A DNA stretch of 64,000 nt from Hyphomicrobiales bacterium (GTDB lineage: Bacteria > Pseudomonadota > Alphaproteobacteria > Rhizobiales > NORP267), in the NCBI GenBank assembly GCA_021775875.1, contig JAJFHA010000011.1:10178-74177 (forward strand), in the 5' to 3' direction. The translations under genes were made by a program, and so were the position numbers. Positions 47,757-59,154 of the stretch are shown piece after piece (the stretch's first letter is position 1; each line of letters starts with the position of its first letter). The notes beneath the pieces were generated by a model that was not told where the DNA came from, did no database searches, and worked only from the letters and a program-made list of their open reading frames with translations.

Positions 47757-49238
47757 ATGATTGGCGGATTTTGGAAAAGACGCCGGGACAAATCGGGTGA
47801 TGGCGATGTAGCCGAAGACCCGGATTCGGACATGATGGAAGATGTTCCGGTCCTGCCGGCAGAATTCCAGGACCAGGATTTCAGTTCTGTTTCAGAGCAA
47901 GCCTACGCCCCTGATCCGGAATATGACCAAGACTATAGCGAGCCATATGTTGAGCCCGATACCGGGCAGGCCCCGGACGATTTCGGGCCTTCTGAAAATT
48001 ATAATAGCCAGGCAGGTTACGACCGGATTTATCCAAGAAGTCCGGCAGAGGCGATCCAGCCGGAAGCAGCGCCACTACCCCCAAGTGTTAAGCGCAAGCA
48101 AAACCGCATCGTCCGCGCCCTGAACGGTATCATTGCCGCGATCATTTTCTTTTTATTGATCGGCGCCGGAATTATGTTTGTCGGTTTCAGACAATTCGTC
48201 GCCGACGGGCCTCTGACTGAAACCCGGAATATTGTCATTCCACAGGGCGGTAGTCTGACCAGCATTGCGACCCGGTTGGAACGTGAGGGTATAATTGCCG
48301 ACGCTTATATGTTCCTGGCAAGTGTATCCGTCGCCCGCGCCAGCAATCAGCTAAAAGCTGGCGAATATCTGTTCCGCGAAAATATGAGCATGCGAGATGT
48401 TATGCAGATGCTGATCGAAGGCAAGTCGATCCTGCACGGCGTTACTTTGCCCGAAGGCCGCACCAGTCTTCAAATTGTTGAAATTCTGCGCGCCGATCCG
48501 ATTTTGGTCGGCGAAATAGCAGATATTCCACCAGAAGGAAGTTTGCTGCCGGAAACCTATAAATTCACCCGTGGTGATGAGCGCCAGGCAATCATCACTC
48601 GAATGCGCCAGGCACGGGACCGGGCGCTGGCACGGATTTGGTCAAATCGCGATGCCAGCATTCCCATCCAGTCGCCGGGAGATCTGGTGATTTTGGCGTC
48701 GATCGTCGAAAAAGAGACCGGGCGTGCCGACGAACGTCCTCAAGTTGCAGCTGTCTTCGCCAATCGTTTGCGCCGAGGGATGCGTTTGCAATCTGACCCG
48801 ACAATCATTTATGGAATTGTGGGCGGACAGGGCACATTGGGCCGCCCGATCCGGCGTAGCGAAATTGATGCCACCACGCCCTACAACACCTATCAGATAG
48901 ACGGCCTGCCGCCGACACCGATCGCTAATCCTGGCATTGCAGCTTTGGAGGCGACCGCCAATCCGTCTCAAACCAAAGACCTGTTTTTTGTAGCTGACGG
49001 GACCGGCGGTCATGCATTTTCGGAAACTCTAGCTGGGCATCAGCAAAATGTGAGACGGTGGCGCCAATTTCAGGCGCAGGCTGCAGCGGCTCCGACAACC
49101 CCGGATCCAGCGATTTCAGCACAATTGTCTAGTCCTGACACGACATCGTCTTCGGAGAGCAGCCCCGCAATTGTGCCACCCCTGCCAGAACTCAAATTGA
49201 ATTTGACCGTGCCGCTGGTGCCGCCACCCGCCCAGTAG
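47757..49238 (+). CDS. mltG: Endolytic murein transglycosylase MltG (YceG) with an extended acidic N-terminal region
   Basis: The YceG core (LASIVEKETG, SDPTIIYG, YNTYQIDGLPPTPIANPG) follows a TM helix. About 120 aa of cytoplasmic D/E/P-rich region precede the TM helix. Confidence 0.85.
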   Translation: MIGGFWKRRRDKSGDGDVAEDPDSDMMEDVPVLPAEFQDQDFSSVSEQAYAPDPEYDQDYSEPYVEPDTGQAPDDFGPSENYNSQAGYDRIYPRSPAEAIQPEAAPLPPSVKRKQNRIVRALNGIIAAIIFFLLIGAGIMFVGFRQFVADGPLTETRNIVIPQGGSLTSIATRLEREGIIADAYMFLASVSVARASNQLKAGEYLFRENMSMRDVMQMLIEGKSILHGVTLPEGRTSLQIVEILRADPILVGEIADIPPEGSLLPETYKFTRGDERQAIITRMRQARDRALARIWSNRDASIPIQSPGDLVILASIVEKETGRADERPQVAAVFANRLRRGMRLQSDPTIIYGIVGGQGTLGRPIRRSEIDATTPYNTYQIDGLPPTPIANPGIAALEATANPSQTKDLFFVADGTGGHAFSETLAGHQQNVRRWRQFQAQAAAAPTTPDPAISAQLSSPDTTSSSESSPAIVPPLPELKLNLTVPLVPPPAQ

Positions 49239-49331
49239 AAAAAAGCAAACAGTTCAATATAGTCTCGTCATGCACTAGGCTTGTCGTGAGACGGCAGAAT
49301 CACTAATTTCAAACCGGAGCAGCGTTCACTA

Positions 49332-50219
49332 ATGGCAGCGAAAAGCATGACCGGTTTTGCCCGCCACGAAGGCGCGCTCGGAAGCGACCAATGGTATTGG
49401 GAGCTTCGCAGCGTCAATGGGCGCGGGCTTGATGTGCGTATGCGGTTGGCACCGGGCCATGATCAGCTGGAACCTTTCGTGCGCGAGGCCGTGCGTAAGA
49501 AATTTTCGCGAGGCAGCATTCAAATCTCCTTGAATGTCAAAAGCGCCCGTACCGAATCACAAATTCAAATCAACGAACAAGCTCTGAGCGACCTATTGAA
49601 ATCATCAAAAACGGTCGCAGAAAAATTTGGCCTGGAACCGCCCGGTCTGGACGCTTTGCTCAACGTGCGCGGCGTTGTTGAAGCCAACGACCCGGAAGAG
49701 AGCGAAGACGAATTGAATGCGCGGATCGATGCCCTCAAGAAAGGGTTTTCGCAAGCACTGGATGATTTGGCCAGCGCCCGGGAAGAGGAAGGCGACCGCC
49801 TGGTCACAATTCTTGAAGGGCAGTTGCAACGCATTTCAGAGCTAACAGGTGAGGCGGCTGAAGCACCATCACGTAGCCCTGAAACCATCCGCGCCCGTAT
49901 TCTCCAGCAGATCGAAAGGGTAGCGGCTGCTACCAGCGAGATGGATCCGGACCGGCTTCATCAGGAAGCTGTGATAATAGCTGCCAAGGCAGACATTCAG
50001 GAAGAAATTGATCGTTTGAAAGCCCATGTGGAAGCCGGGCGCGATTTGCTATCTTCAGATGGTCCGGCGGGACGTAAACTGGATTTCCTGACTCAGGAAT
50101 TTAACCGGGAAAGCAACACACTTTGCTCGAAATCAAACCACGTGGATTTGACCTCCATTGGCCTCGAATTGAAGGTCGTAGTCGACCAAATGCGTGAACA
50201 GGTGCAGAATATTGAATAA
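49332..50219 (+). CDS. YicC-family protein
   Basis: SMTGFAR...WELRSVNGRGLD...REFNRESNTLCSKS are YicC N- and C-terminal blocks. Confidence 0.85.
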   Translation: MAAKSMTGFARHEGALGSDQWYWELRSVNGRGLDVRMRLAPGHDQLEPFVREAVRKKFSRGSIQISLNVKSARTESQIQINEQALSDLLKSSKTVAEKFGLEPPGLDALLNVRGVVEANDPEESEDELNARIDALKKGFSQALDDLASAREEEGDRLVTILEGQLQRISELTGEAAEAPSRSPETIRARILQQIERVAAATSEMDPDRLHQEAVIIAAKADIQEEIDRLKAHVEAGRDLLSSDGPAGRKLDFLTQEFNRESNTLCSKSNHVDLTSIGLELKVVVDQMREQVQNIE

Positions 50220-50871
50220 GCCGAATGATAACCGGATTGTACCGCGCCGCGGTTTGATGCTGGTGCTGTCTTCGCCCTCGGGAGCGGGCAAGACCACGCT
50301 TGCACAGCGTTTGCTGAAACTAGACGACGACATTACCATGTCCGTATCAGTGACCACGCGGCCCAGCCGTCCGGGCGAAATTGACGGCGTTCATTATCAT
50401 TTTATCTCGAAGGAAGAATTTTCCCGCCAGCGCGATGCGGATGAATTTCTCGAATGGGCAGAGGTATTCGGCAACCTTTACGCAACACCGCGCGCGGCGG
50501 TTGAATTTGAGCTTGAAGCCGGTCGTGATGTGCTTTTTGACATTGATTGGCAGGGTGCTCAGCAACTCCACGAAAAGTTCGGCAGTGATCAGGTTCGTGT
50601 ATTTGTTTTGCCACCCTCTGGTGCAGAGCTTGAAGCACGGTTACATCGCAGGGCATTAGATTCGGCAGATGTGCTTGCTACCCGAATGGCAGGTGCCGCA
50701 ACCGAAATTCGCCATTACGACGGATATGAATATATCCTCATCAATCATGATGTAGAGGAAAGCCTTGCCGAACTGGAGGCCATCTTGACGGCGGAGCGGC
50801 TCCGGTTGGATCGCCAGGTTGGGTTATCGGATTTTGTTCGCGGCATTATCAAATCATTGACTGAGACTTGA
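50194..50871 (+). CDS. gmk: Guanylate kinase
   Basis: RRGLMLVLSSPSGAGKTT and DIDWQGAQQL are present. The start is uncertain (ATG 50194 overlaps yicC; TTG 50212 is possible). Confidence 0.9.
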   Translation: MNRCRILNKPNDNRIVPRRGLMLVLSSPSGAGKTTLAQRLLKLDDDITMSVSVTTRPSRPGEIDGVHYHFISKEEFSRQRDADEFLEWAEVFGNLYATPRAAVEFELEAGRDVLFDIDWQGAQQLHEKFGSDQVRVFVLPPSGAELEARLHRRALDSADVLATRMAGAATEIRHYDGYEYILINHDVEESLAELEAILTAERLRLDRQVGLSDFVRGIIKSLTET

Positions 50872-50969
50872 TCCTGTTTTTGGTTTGGTTGTGATACGAA
50901 AAATGTCACAAATCTTGTGTATCTCTAATTTGTTCGAGTGTTGATTCTTCCGTCATTTGATTGGGACAC

Positions 50970-52772
50970 ATGCTTTTATTCAGCTCATTTCTGGCGCAGT
51001 TAACTCTACTCTTGACGGCAGCGGTGTTCGCGGCACCCCTCGCCAAACGGCTCGGCATAGGGTCCGTGCTGGGTTATTTGTTTGCTGGCATTTTGATAGG
51101 ACCGTACGGGCTAGGGTTGATCTATTCCGTGTATCAGGTTGGTAGAATTCAGCATTTTGCGGAATTCGGCGTGGTCATGCTGCTGTTCCTGATCGGCCTG
51201 GAACTGCGTCCACGCCGGTTATGGGTCATGCGATCCTCGATATTTGGTCTTGGTGGCGCGCAATTATTGTTGACCGGCCTGGTGCTCGGTGTGGCCGTTG
51301 CGATGATGGGGATACAATTCAAGACTGCCATTTTGCTCGGGCTCGCCCTGGCCTTGTCATCTACCGCCTTTGCACTCCAGGTTCTGGAAGAAAAATCCGA
51401 ACTCACCATGCGCCACGGGCGGGCCGCTTTTTCCGTGCTTTTATTTCAGGATCTGGCGGCGATCCCGCTGATCGCACTGGTGCCGCTCTTTGCCATTGAT
51501 AGTGGGATAGGCGAGGGGATGAATTTCTGGGGCGCGTTTCAGGCCCTCGGTATAATCAGTGTTGTGGTTCTGGTAGGCCGCTATGTGATCCAGTATTTGT
51601 TCCGTTTCGTGGCGTCGACAAAACTCAACGAAGCGATGACCGCGTGCGGGCTTTTGATCGTGACGGGTGTCGCGCTTTTGATGGAATTGGCTGGGTTATC
51701 AGCGGGGCTTGGTGCATTTATTGCTGGTGCGCTGTTGGCTGAATCCGAATATCGCCACGAAATGCACGCTGCCATTGCACCCTTTGAAGGGTTGTTGCTC
51801 GGGCTCTTCTTCGTGGCCGTCGGCATGTCGCTCAACCTTCATGTTTTCTATGAACAGCCTTTACTTATTTTGATGCTGACGGCTGGATTGGTGTCGATCA
51901 AGGCGATTGTACTTTTCAGTCTCGGACGCTGGCATGGATTGGAAATCAAAAGTGCCCGGCGGTTTGCCATCGCGATTTCTCAAGGTGGCGAGTTCGCCTT
52001 CATTATATTCAGTGCCGCTCTGGCCAGCAACGCGTTAGAGGCATCGATCGTTGATCTGGCATTGGTCGTTGTCACCATTTCCATGATGGCGACACCATTG
52101 CTTCTTGTGGCCGATGATCTGTTTTTCAGAAAGACAGGGGACCAGGACGCCTCGGAATTTGACACAATGCCGGACGAAGAGGCGCCGGTTATCATTGCCG
52201 GACTAGGGCGTTTCGGACAGATCGTAGCGCGTATTTTGACGGCGAAGAAAATACCGGTTATCGCGCTGGATGACAGTTCCCAGCAAGTAGACATTGTTCG
52301 AAAGTTTGGCGGCCAGGTTTATTACGGTGATCCGGGCCGGCTAGATATCTTACGAGCAGCACAAACCGGAAAGGCGCGTGCATTTATGCTGGCAATCGAT
52401 GATGTGGAGAAATCCGTTCACATCGCTATGCTGCTCAAAACCCATTATCCTCATGTGCCAGTTTATGCCCGCGCCCGAGACAGAATGCATGTTCATCGGT
52501 TGATGGATGTTGGTGTAGAGACGATTTTGCGGGAAACCCTGTTGTCGTCTCTCGATCTGACAGCCGATCTGTTGCGCGGTCTGGGTATGCGTGAAGGCGA
52601 AGTTGAACACGCCATCCAGACCTTTAAGGAGCACGACCAACACCATCTCTATGAAGATTACGCTCATTATACGGATGCTGAAAAAATGCTTACCAGGATC
52701 AAGGCGTCCGCAGATGAACTAGATGATTTATTCACCCGAGACGCTGAAGATGAAGACCTGCTAACAAAATAA
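50970..52772 (+). CDS. CPA2-family K+/H+ antiporter of the KefB/KefC type with a C-terminal TrkA-N (RCK) domain
   Basis: It has the Na_H exchanger TM core (RLGIGSVLGYLFAGILIGPYGLG) and a Rossmann RCK motif (VIIAGLGRFGQIVARIL). Confidence 0.85.
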   Translation: MLLFSSFLAQLTLLLTAAVFAAPLAKRLGIGSVLGYLFAGILIGPYGLGLIYSVYQVGRIQHFAEFGVVMLLFLIGLELRPRRLWVMRSSIFGLGGAQLLLTGLVLGVAVAMMGIQFKTAILLGLALALSSTAFALQVLEEKSELTMRHGRAAFSVLLFQDLAAIPLIALVPLFAIDSGIGEGMNFWGAFQALGIISVVVLVGRYVIQYLFRFVASTKLNEAMTACGLLIVTGVALLMELAGLSAGLGAFIAGALLAESEYRHEMHAAIAPFEGLLLGLFFVAVGMSLNLHVFYEQPLLILMLTAGLVSIKAIVLFSLGRWHGLEIKSARRFAIAISQGGEFAFIIFSAALASNALEASIVDLALVVVTISMMATPLLLVADDLFFRKTGDQDASEFDTMPDEEAPVIIAGLGRFGQIVARILTAKKIPVIALDDSSQQVDIVRKFGGQVYYGDPGRLDILRAAQTGKARAFMLAIDDVEKSVHIAMLLKTHYPHVPVYARARDRMHVHRLMDVGVETILRETLLSSLDLTADLLRGLGMREGEVEHAIQTFKEHDQHHLYEDYAHYTDAEKMLTRIKASADELDDLFTRDAEDEDLLTK

Positions 52773-52782
52773 TTGCTGTCAA

Positions 52783-53862
52783 TCAGGGCGTCAAAACAAC
52801 GCGACCGATAACCTTGCCATTGCGCAGATCATCAAGCGATTGGTTGGCAGTATCAAGCGTCCGTTTTTCAATCGCAATAGGATTGACCTTCCGGGCCCGC
52901 ACCATGTCCAGCAATTCCTTCGCTTCATCAAGAGTGCCAACAAAGCTGCCCTGGATGCCGATCGAGCGGAGCGGAAACATCGGGATGGCAATTTCGAAAT
53001 GACCACCGATCAACCCGGCAATGACGAGCTTGCCACCTTTGCGCAAAACAGAATGCCCGAACCGGACTGATCCTTCGGCACCAGCAAAATCCACCGAACC
53101 AGAAACGCCACCGCCGGATTTCTTGATCGCAGCTTTAACCGCATCCCGATCGGCGGAATCAAAAGCTTCGCTGGCTCCAAGCTCCAAAGCGGCCTGGCGT
53201 TTGGACGCATCGATATCGGCAACAAATGGTGGCGTATCAAAAATAGCCTTGGCGATTTCAACGGCGATCATGCCAACGCCCCCAAGCCCGACAATCATGA
53301 TCGGTCCTTTGAGTAATTTGCCGGATTGATCCACCAGCTTTTTGAGTGCGCTCAGCGCGGTCAATCCTGAACACATGCAGGTGCCAGCAAAGGCCGGGTC
53401 AATGCCACTTGCATCAAGCAGGTATTTTGCATCGGGAACCACAACATGGCTCGCGAAACCGCCATCAATTGTGATGCCCAAATGCCGGGCACGAGCACAA
53501 TAAATTTCTTCATCCCCCAGGCAAAGGTCGCAGGCACCGCACCCGATCCATGGATAGACCGCATAATGGTCGCCAACCTTGATCTGATCTACATCAGGGC
53601 CAATTGCGGCGACTTCACCTTCTATTTCGTGCCCCAAGGTGAATGGCAGTTCGCGACCTGCTCTTACGTCCAGCTGCTTGTCCCGGCCAAGATCGAAATA
53701 CCCGTCCTGCATGTGAATGTCGCTGTGGCAGACGCCACAATGATGCACCTTGATTACAATTTCTTTGCCCGTGGGTGAAGGGGTATCGGCAGTCGTGGCC
53801 TGAAGAGGTTCCCCATACGCTATAATGGATTGGCGCTGCATAATGTTTCCGATTCCTGACAT
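52783..53862 (-). CDS. Zinc-dependent alcohol dehydrogenase family oxidoreductase
   Basis: GVCHSDIH, GHEIEGEV, the structural-Zn cysteines (CGACDLC...C) and GLGGVG are present. Confidence 0.85.
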   Translation of the reverse strand: MSGIGNIMQRQSIIAYGEPLQATTADTPSPTGKEIVIKVHHCGVCHSDIHMQDGYFDLGRDKQLDVRAGRELPFTLGHEIEGEVAAIGPDVDQIKVGDHYAVYPWIGCGACDLCLGDEEIYCARARHLGITIDGGFASHVVVPDAKYLLDASGIDPAFAGTCMCSGLTALSALKKLVDQSGKLLKGPIMIVGLGGVGMIAVEIAKAIFDTPPFVADIDASKRQAALELGASEAFDSADRDAVKAAIKKSGGGVSGSVDFAGAEGSVRFGHSVLRKGGKLVIAGLIGGHFEIAIPMFPLRSIGIQGSFVGTLDEAKELLDMVRARKVNPIAIEKRTLDTANQSLDDLRNGKVIGRVVLTP

Positions 53863-53887
53863 AAAGCTGAATTCTGGTTGTAGTTTC

Positions 53888-54724
53888 TCAATCTATGATC
53901 TCATTGGCAAGCGCCACGAAATCAGAAATCCCCAGTATTTCTGGTCGCGCGGTTGGTGAAATATTCAACCGCTCCAATACGGGGACAGGATCGGGCCAAA
54001 GGCTTTTTAAACTCGCCCGTAACATTTTCCGGCGCTGGCCAAATGCGACGCGTGTAATCATTTCAAGGCTTTTCGTATTGCACGGTTCCGGAGATTGCCG
54101 GGGAACCAAGTCAACGATGGCTGATACGACTTTTGGCGACGGCGTAAATGCTTCAGGAGGGATTTTGAATAAGATAGCGGTGTCGCACCGCCATCCGGCC
54201 ATTACCGACAATCTACCGAACGCATTGTCTCCGGGTGATGCCGTGATGCGCTGCGCCACCTCCAGCTGAAACATCAGCGTCAGACGCCTGAACCAGGGCG
54301 GCCAGGGATCGGCTTGAAGCCATCCGATTAATAAGGGCGTCGCGATATTGTAGGGCAAGTTTGCGATGATACGGGTATTGTCGCTGGCAAGCGCCGAAAA
54401 ATCCGTTTCCAGCGCATCGCCTTCGATGACCTCAAGTTGACCCGGCCAAGCCTCCGCAATTTCCTGTAAAGCATCAAGACATCTGGCATCGCGTTCAATC
54501 GCGGTGACTTTTTTAGCGCCGGCTGCAAGCAAAGACCGGGTCAGGCCACCGGGTCCGGGGCCCACTTCAATGATGTGGGCGTCCTTCAAGTCACCACCAG
54601 ACCGGGCAATACGCTCGGTCAGATTCAAATCGTGAAGAAAATTTTGTCCAAGAGATTTGCGCGGACGCAAGCCGTATTTTTGAATGACATCCCGAAGCGG
54701 GGGAAGGGTGTCGCCGTTAGTCAT
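53888..54724 (-). CDS. rsmA: 16S rRNA (adenine1518/1519-N6)-dimethyltransferase
   Basis: [20 protein letters not shown] and NLPYNI are present. Confidence 0.95.
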   Translation of the reverse strand: MTNGDTLPPLRDVIQKYGLRPRKSLGQNFLHDLNLTERIARSGGDLKDAHIIEVGPGPGGLTRSLLAAGAKKVTAIERDARCLDALQEIAEAWPGQLEVIEGDALETDFSALASDNTRIIANLPYNIATPLLIGWLQADPWPPWFRRLTLMFQLEVAQRITASPGDNAFGRLSVMAGWRCDTAILFKIPPEAFTPSPKVVSAIVDLVPRQSPEPCNTKSLEMITRVAFGQRRKMLRASLKSLWPDPVPVLERLNISPTARPEILGISDFVALANEIID

Positions 54725-55740
54725 GTGGTTTTTGGTGGCATCATTGTATCTGCCATCCGGATTGCAGCAACAAGACTGGCGCAGGAAGCTTTACCTGTAC
54801 CGGCAATGTCAAGCGCCGTGCCATGGTCGGGCGAGGTGCGAATAAACGGCAGCCCGAGCGTAACATTGACCGCCTGATCAAAGGCTAGCGTCTTGATCGG
54901 GATCAACGCCTGGTCATGATACATGGCAATCGCCACATCATACTTGTCTCGGGCGCTTTCATGGAACATCGTATCCGCCGCAAATGGCCCCTCTGCGCTG
55001 ATGCCTTCTTGTTGCAACAACGAGATAGCCGGTGCGATAATATCTTTTTCCTCATTACCCATTTTGCCGTCTTCCCCCGCATGAGGGTTCAGGCCACAAA
55101 ACCGAAGGCGCGGCATGGGGACACCAAAGCAATCTTCAAGCGCACGAGCTATAATTTGCCCTGTCTCTAGCAGCATTTCGGTTGTGAGCGCATCAGCCAC
55201 CATGGACAACGGGATATGGATAGTCGCAGGGACAATTCTCAAATCCTCGCTCGCAAGCATCATGACAGGGTGTGGCGGGGCATCGACGTCAGGCCAAGAA
55301 ACTGCAAGGCTCGCCAAAAATTCAGTATGGCCGGGATAAGCAAACCCGGCATCGGCAAGGACCGATTTCTGGATCGGGCATGTGACGATCGCTTTTGCGA
55401 TTCCTTGCCGCACTATATCTACGGTTGTTTCGATTGATTTGATAACAGCCTGAGCATTAATCGTGTCCGGCAACCCAAAAGTTACTGGCCCTCCAAGCTC
55501 CACCGGGACAACCGGCAGTGTCTGATCAAATGTTGAAATGATGTTGTGCGGTTCAACCACAGTGACCGCCACGTCAAGATTGAGATGCTTTGATACTTGT
55601 CCCAAATACGCCGGGTCGCCCACAATGGCGAAGGGAGGCAATTGGAAATCCTTGCGTCTCAACCATGTCATGAGCGCCAATTCCGGGCCAATACCGGCGG
55701 GTTCACCCATTGTGAGCAATAACGGAAGGCGGTCAGTCAT
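54721..55740 (-). CDS. pdxA: 4-hydroxythreonine-4-phosphate dehydrogenase
   Basis: [24 protein letters not shown] and RTSPDHGTA are present. Confidence 0.95.
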   Translation of the reverse strand: MTDRLPLLLTMGEPAGIGPELALMTWLRRKDFQLPPFAIVGDPAYLGQVSKHLNLDVAVTVVEPHNIISTFDQTLPVVPVELGGPVTFGLPDTINAQAVIKSIETTVDIVRQGIAKAIVTCPIQKSVLADAGFAYPGHTEFLASLAVSWPDVDAPPHPVMMLASEDLRIVPATIHIPLSMVADALTTEMLLETGQIIARALEDCFGVPMPRLRFCGLNPHAGEDGKMGNEEKDIIAPAISLLQQEGISAEGPFAADTMFHESARDKYDVAIAMYHDQALIPIKTLAFDQAVNVTLGLPFIRTSPDHGTALDIAGTGKASCASLVAAIRMADTMMPPKTT

Positions 55741-55765
55741 GATATCTGCAATGCAGGTTTATTGT

Positions 55766-56713
55766 TCAACGCCGTTCGATCACAGCATCCTGGCGCAGGT
55801 CCCGCAAGTGGCGCCTGGCGACAACCGAGAATTCTTCATTTACCAGTTGATTCTGAACTTCAAGTCGCGCCGCTTCAGTATCAGTGACGTCTTCCCGGGC
55901 ACATACGATCAACAGTTCCACACCACGGTCTGTCCGATGTGGTTCTGTAGCCTGGCCAATTTGCAATGTTGAAAGGGCAGTGTTGATGTCAGCTGGTAAC
56001 TGGGTCGAATTTCTCTTCCCTACATCCTGGATTACAACGTCACGAATGCCCGCTATAAGGGATCTGGCAGAGCCGCATGATGAAATACTGTTACGGACAA
56101 TGGTGGCCTCGTTGATCCGAGCGCGAACTGTTGCATCGTTAGCGCCCGGCCGGACAAGGAACAAAACCTGTTTCAATTCATACTCAGTCCGTGTAGCAGT
56201 TTCCAAAGTAGGTGCATTGCTGATTGCGGATTCAACTTGTTGCTCACTCACACGAACTGTTCCGCGGAACCGGCGCGTCACCACTTCGCGCCAAGCCATT
56301 TCAGACTCAATCCGTGAGCGCAGCGTGCGTACACTTATTCCAATTTGACCCAAGGCGCGTGAAAATTGTTCAACGCTCATATTGCTGTTGCTTGCCATTT
56401 GGCTAAGCGCGTTGACAATTTGGTCTTCGGGAATGCTGATATTCATTGCCCTGGATGCCTGCATTTTCAGCATTTCATCAATGAGTTGATCGGCCGCTTC
56501 TTCACGCAATGCGTCGTTGAGGGAGCGGCGCGTGGACACCTGAATAAGTTTGGTACGCTGCTGAATATCAAAAGTCGATATGGGCTCATCGTTGACCAGA
56601 ACCGCTACTTGCTGAACGGCTTGCGCATGGGCGTTATTCAGGGCAGCCCATTGGGCCGCGAACAAAAAGGCCGAAGCGACAAGGATACGTGCTAATTTTG
56701 GAATCTGTTTCAT
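55766..56713 (-). CDS. SurA-like periplasmic chaperone (SurA N-terminal-domain protein)
   Basis: It has a signal peptide and the VAVLVNDEPISTFDIQQR block. It lies between lptD and pdxA, the conserved cluster position. Confidence 0.8.
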   Translation of the reverse strand: MKQIPKLARILVASAFLFAAQWAALNNAHAQAVQQVAVLVNDEPISTFDIQQRTKLIQVSTRRSLNDALREEAADQLIDEMLKMQASRAMNISIPEDQIVNALSQMASNSNMSVEQFSRALGQIGISVRTLRSRIESEMAWREVVTRRFRGTVRVSEQQVESAISNAPTLETATRTEYELKQVLFLVRPGANDATVRARINEATIVRNSISSCGSARSLIAGIRDVVIQDVGKRNSTQLPADINTALSTLQIGQATEPHRTDRGVELLIVCAREDVTDTEAARLEVQNQLVNEEFSVVARRHLRDLRQDAVIERR

Positions 56714-56825
56714 AAATCAATATCGGCTTAACATTAGAGAGTTTTCGTTGGCATTCTACTGAACTATATCAGCTTTAAATCTTGACCTAATTTGGGCGCA
56801 GCCACGGGCAGGCATCATTTTTGGA

Positions 56826-59129
56826 CTATTGACCCGTTAATGAATTTGTCGAAGTAGCTGATCCACCAAGCGACTTGAAGTAAAAACGGAATAATATTCT
56901 GCGGTCAGGAGCGATGTCCTGGTTGCGGAAAAATACTTCCTGGAATTCAAGACTGGCTGTAAAGCAATCGCAATAATAGCCAAGACCGATTGAACGGCTG
57001 ATATTCTGGTTGCCTGCCAGGTCATAGCGATAGCCACCCAATGCAGCCCATTCCGACGAAATCGGTATTCTGGCATTTCCGGTCACTTCTTCCCGGTTTA
57101 CAATCGGGTCGGCCGCAGCGATCGTCTGGTTCTGGACACGCATATAGGTGACTGCAGCCGAGGCACCTTCGTATCGCAGCCAGGTATTCAATTCATGACG
57201 GTTGATCTGGAAGCTGCTGGGGTCAACCCGGATTTGCGAACTGATTCCAAAATAGCTGTTTGGCTCAAAATAGAGCGATCCGATAATATCGGAACTATCG
57301 CGCATCAGGCCGGAATTAATTCCAAACGGGTTGGTCCCGCCCAGATGGAATGATTGCCCGACCAGGAGGCTGCCATGGCCGCCGTTATTGGTCTGCACGG
57401 TATAGCGAACACCTACATTTGCGCGACTACCGCCTTCGTCCCGGTCGAAGCCGGAGAATTTATCGGTGTCGAACAGGGTGGTGTCGTCAAACACCAGGCT
57501 GACGGCATCTTCATTCGAAATGTTGGCTACATTCTGCTCGTTTGGCCTGACGATGATCTGGGCTACCGGTTCGATGATCTGCTGACCCCAATCATGAACA
57601 CTGATGAAAGGGTAATTATATTCAATCCCAGCCGCCACCATGCCTCGGGTTACCGTGTTGTTCACGCCGGGCATCACATTGTTGACGAAATAGGCATCGC
57701 CGCGGGCCTGGAAGAACGGCGTGAATTGCTGGCCGAGCCGGTCGGTAAATGTGCGTTTCCATTCCATTTCGCCGGTAAGACGGGTTTGATCAATTCCCAA
57801 ATCCCGGGTCAGGCTAACCATATTGAAATTCATGCTCAACTGGCCCTGCATAACCGGCTGTGCGAATACCAAGTTATAATCGACGACAGGATGAACCAGC
57901 GGCAGACGCGGACCTTCTCCCACGATCACAAGGTCGTCGAAATGCATCACCCGCATGTCGAAATGGTTGCGCTCTCCAAGACCGGTCAAATGCGCCTGCG
58001 ACGTGACTTGCGAACGCCCGTCCAGGTCATAGACATTCATGAATGTATCTTCACTAAAGGCCGTGCCATCCCACCCAAACTGCCATTGATCGCCCAGATC
58101 AAATTCACCCGTCGTGCGCACCATGCCGCGCCAGTCCCGGTTGCCGAGGGTTGCTCCAAATTGGCCTGGGTTTGCTTGGCGCAGACCTGCGCCTTCGATT
58201 GTGTAGGTGCCGTTTTCCACCCGATGCCTGAATTCGGCCTGCATCATGAAGCCCTGTTCGGTCAGAACGCGCGGCGTCAGCGTCAAATCAGCGTTCGGCG
58301 CGATGGCCCAGAAATAGGGTAGTTCAAAACTCGCGCCCAGATCGCTGGAATAATCAATTGCCGGGACCAGAAAACCTGACTTCCGTTTTACGGAAGGGTC
58401 TGGATGGAAAAAATATGGGAAATAAGCAATCGGAACACCGAGAAATTCGAATGTCGCATCTTCGAATTCAATGATCTGTTCTTCCTGGTTATGGACAACC
58501 CGAACTGCATTGATTTGCCAGATGGGAGATCCATCAGGATCTTCCGCGCGAATTTCACAGGCTGTGTAAATGGCTTTGTTGAAGACCAGGATATTGCCCT
58601 CGACGCGCTCCGCTGAAGCTGCGACGACGCGAGCATTGTCCGGCGTCAAAACCGAGATTGATCGGGCAAAGCCTTCCCGGAAATCTCCGGTCACAACAAG
58701 GAACTCGGCAAAAATCACGTTGCCATCCGGCTCGGTCAGTTTCGCATTACCTTCCGCCGTCATGCGATCTTCGCCCTGATCGTAAACAACCTTGTCTGCG
58801 AACAGTGCAAAATTATTGTAGTAAATTTCAACGGAGCCAAGAGCCGTTATCTCATCATTCTCATAATCGTAAAACATCTCGTCGGCCTGGACGAGCATGG
58901 GAACACCGTTTTCAACGCCGGGCAGATTGTTGAGAAGATTAGCGTTCTGCGCCCGGGTCGGAGCAGAGGCGATGAGGCATATTGCAAACATCATAAACAG
59001 GGCTGCCGGTAACGCGGATAATCGGGCAGCAGGCAAAGCAAAATTGCGAAGGCGCGAACACGCCTTCCACATGACCATACATTTCCGGTAAATCCAGTCT
59101 TGGAATTCACCGGTTCTAGGTCGCCGCAT
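56826..59129 (-). CDS. lptD: LPS-assembly outer-membrane protein LptD
   Basis: It has an OstA-like N-terminal region and a large beta-barrel (LptD_C-like aromatic-rich strands). The start is uncertain (59162, 59129, 59078 or 59072); the longest ORF (to 59333) overlaps lptG and is unlikely. Confidence 0.88.
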   Translation of the reverse strand: MRRPRTGEFQDWIYRKCMVMWKACSRLRNFALPAARLSALPAALFMMFAICLIASAPTRAQNANLLNNLPGVENGVPMLVQADEMFYDYENDEITALGSVEIYYNNFALFADKVVYDQGEDRMTAEGNAKLTEPDGNVIFAEFLVVTGDFREGFARSISVLTPDNARVVAASAERVEGNILVFNKAIYTACEIRAEDPDGSPIWQINAVRVVHNQEEQIIEFEDATFEFLGVPIAYFPYFFHPDPSVKRKSGFLVPAIDYSSDLGASFELPYFWAIAPNADLTLTPRVLTEQGFMMQAEFRHRVENGTYTIEGAGLRQANPGQFGATLGNRDWRGMVRTTGEFDLGDQWQFGWDGTAFSEDTFMNVYDLDGRSQVTSQAHLTGLGERNHFDMRVMHFDDLVIVGEGPRLPLVHPVVDYNLVFAQPVMQGQLSMNFNMVSLTRDLGIDQTRLTGEMEWKRTFTDRLGQQFTPFFQARGDAYFVNNVMPGVNNTVTRGMVAAGIEYNYPFISVHDWGQQIIEPVAQIIVRPNEQNVANISNEDAVSLVFDDTTLFDTDKFSGFDRDEGGSRANVGVRYTVQTNNGGHGSLLVGQSFHLGGTNPFGINSGLMRDSSDIIGSLYFEPNSYFGISSQIRVDPSSFQINRHELNTWLRYEGASAAVTYMRVQNQTIAAADPIVNREEVTGNARIPISSEWAALGGYRYDLAGNQNISRSIGLGYYCDCFTASLEFQEVFFRNQDIAPDRRILFRFYFKSLGGSATSTNSLTGQ

Positions 59130-59154
59130 CGCAACTCCCGATCGACGTTTCAAC

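Noticed and set aside
57354-58322. A 322-aa plus-strand ORF lies inside lptD.
   Set aside because: It is antisense to a well-supported LptD beta-barrel and has no motifs or RBS.
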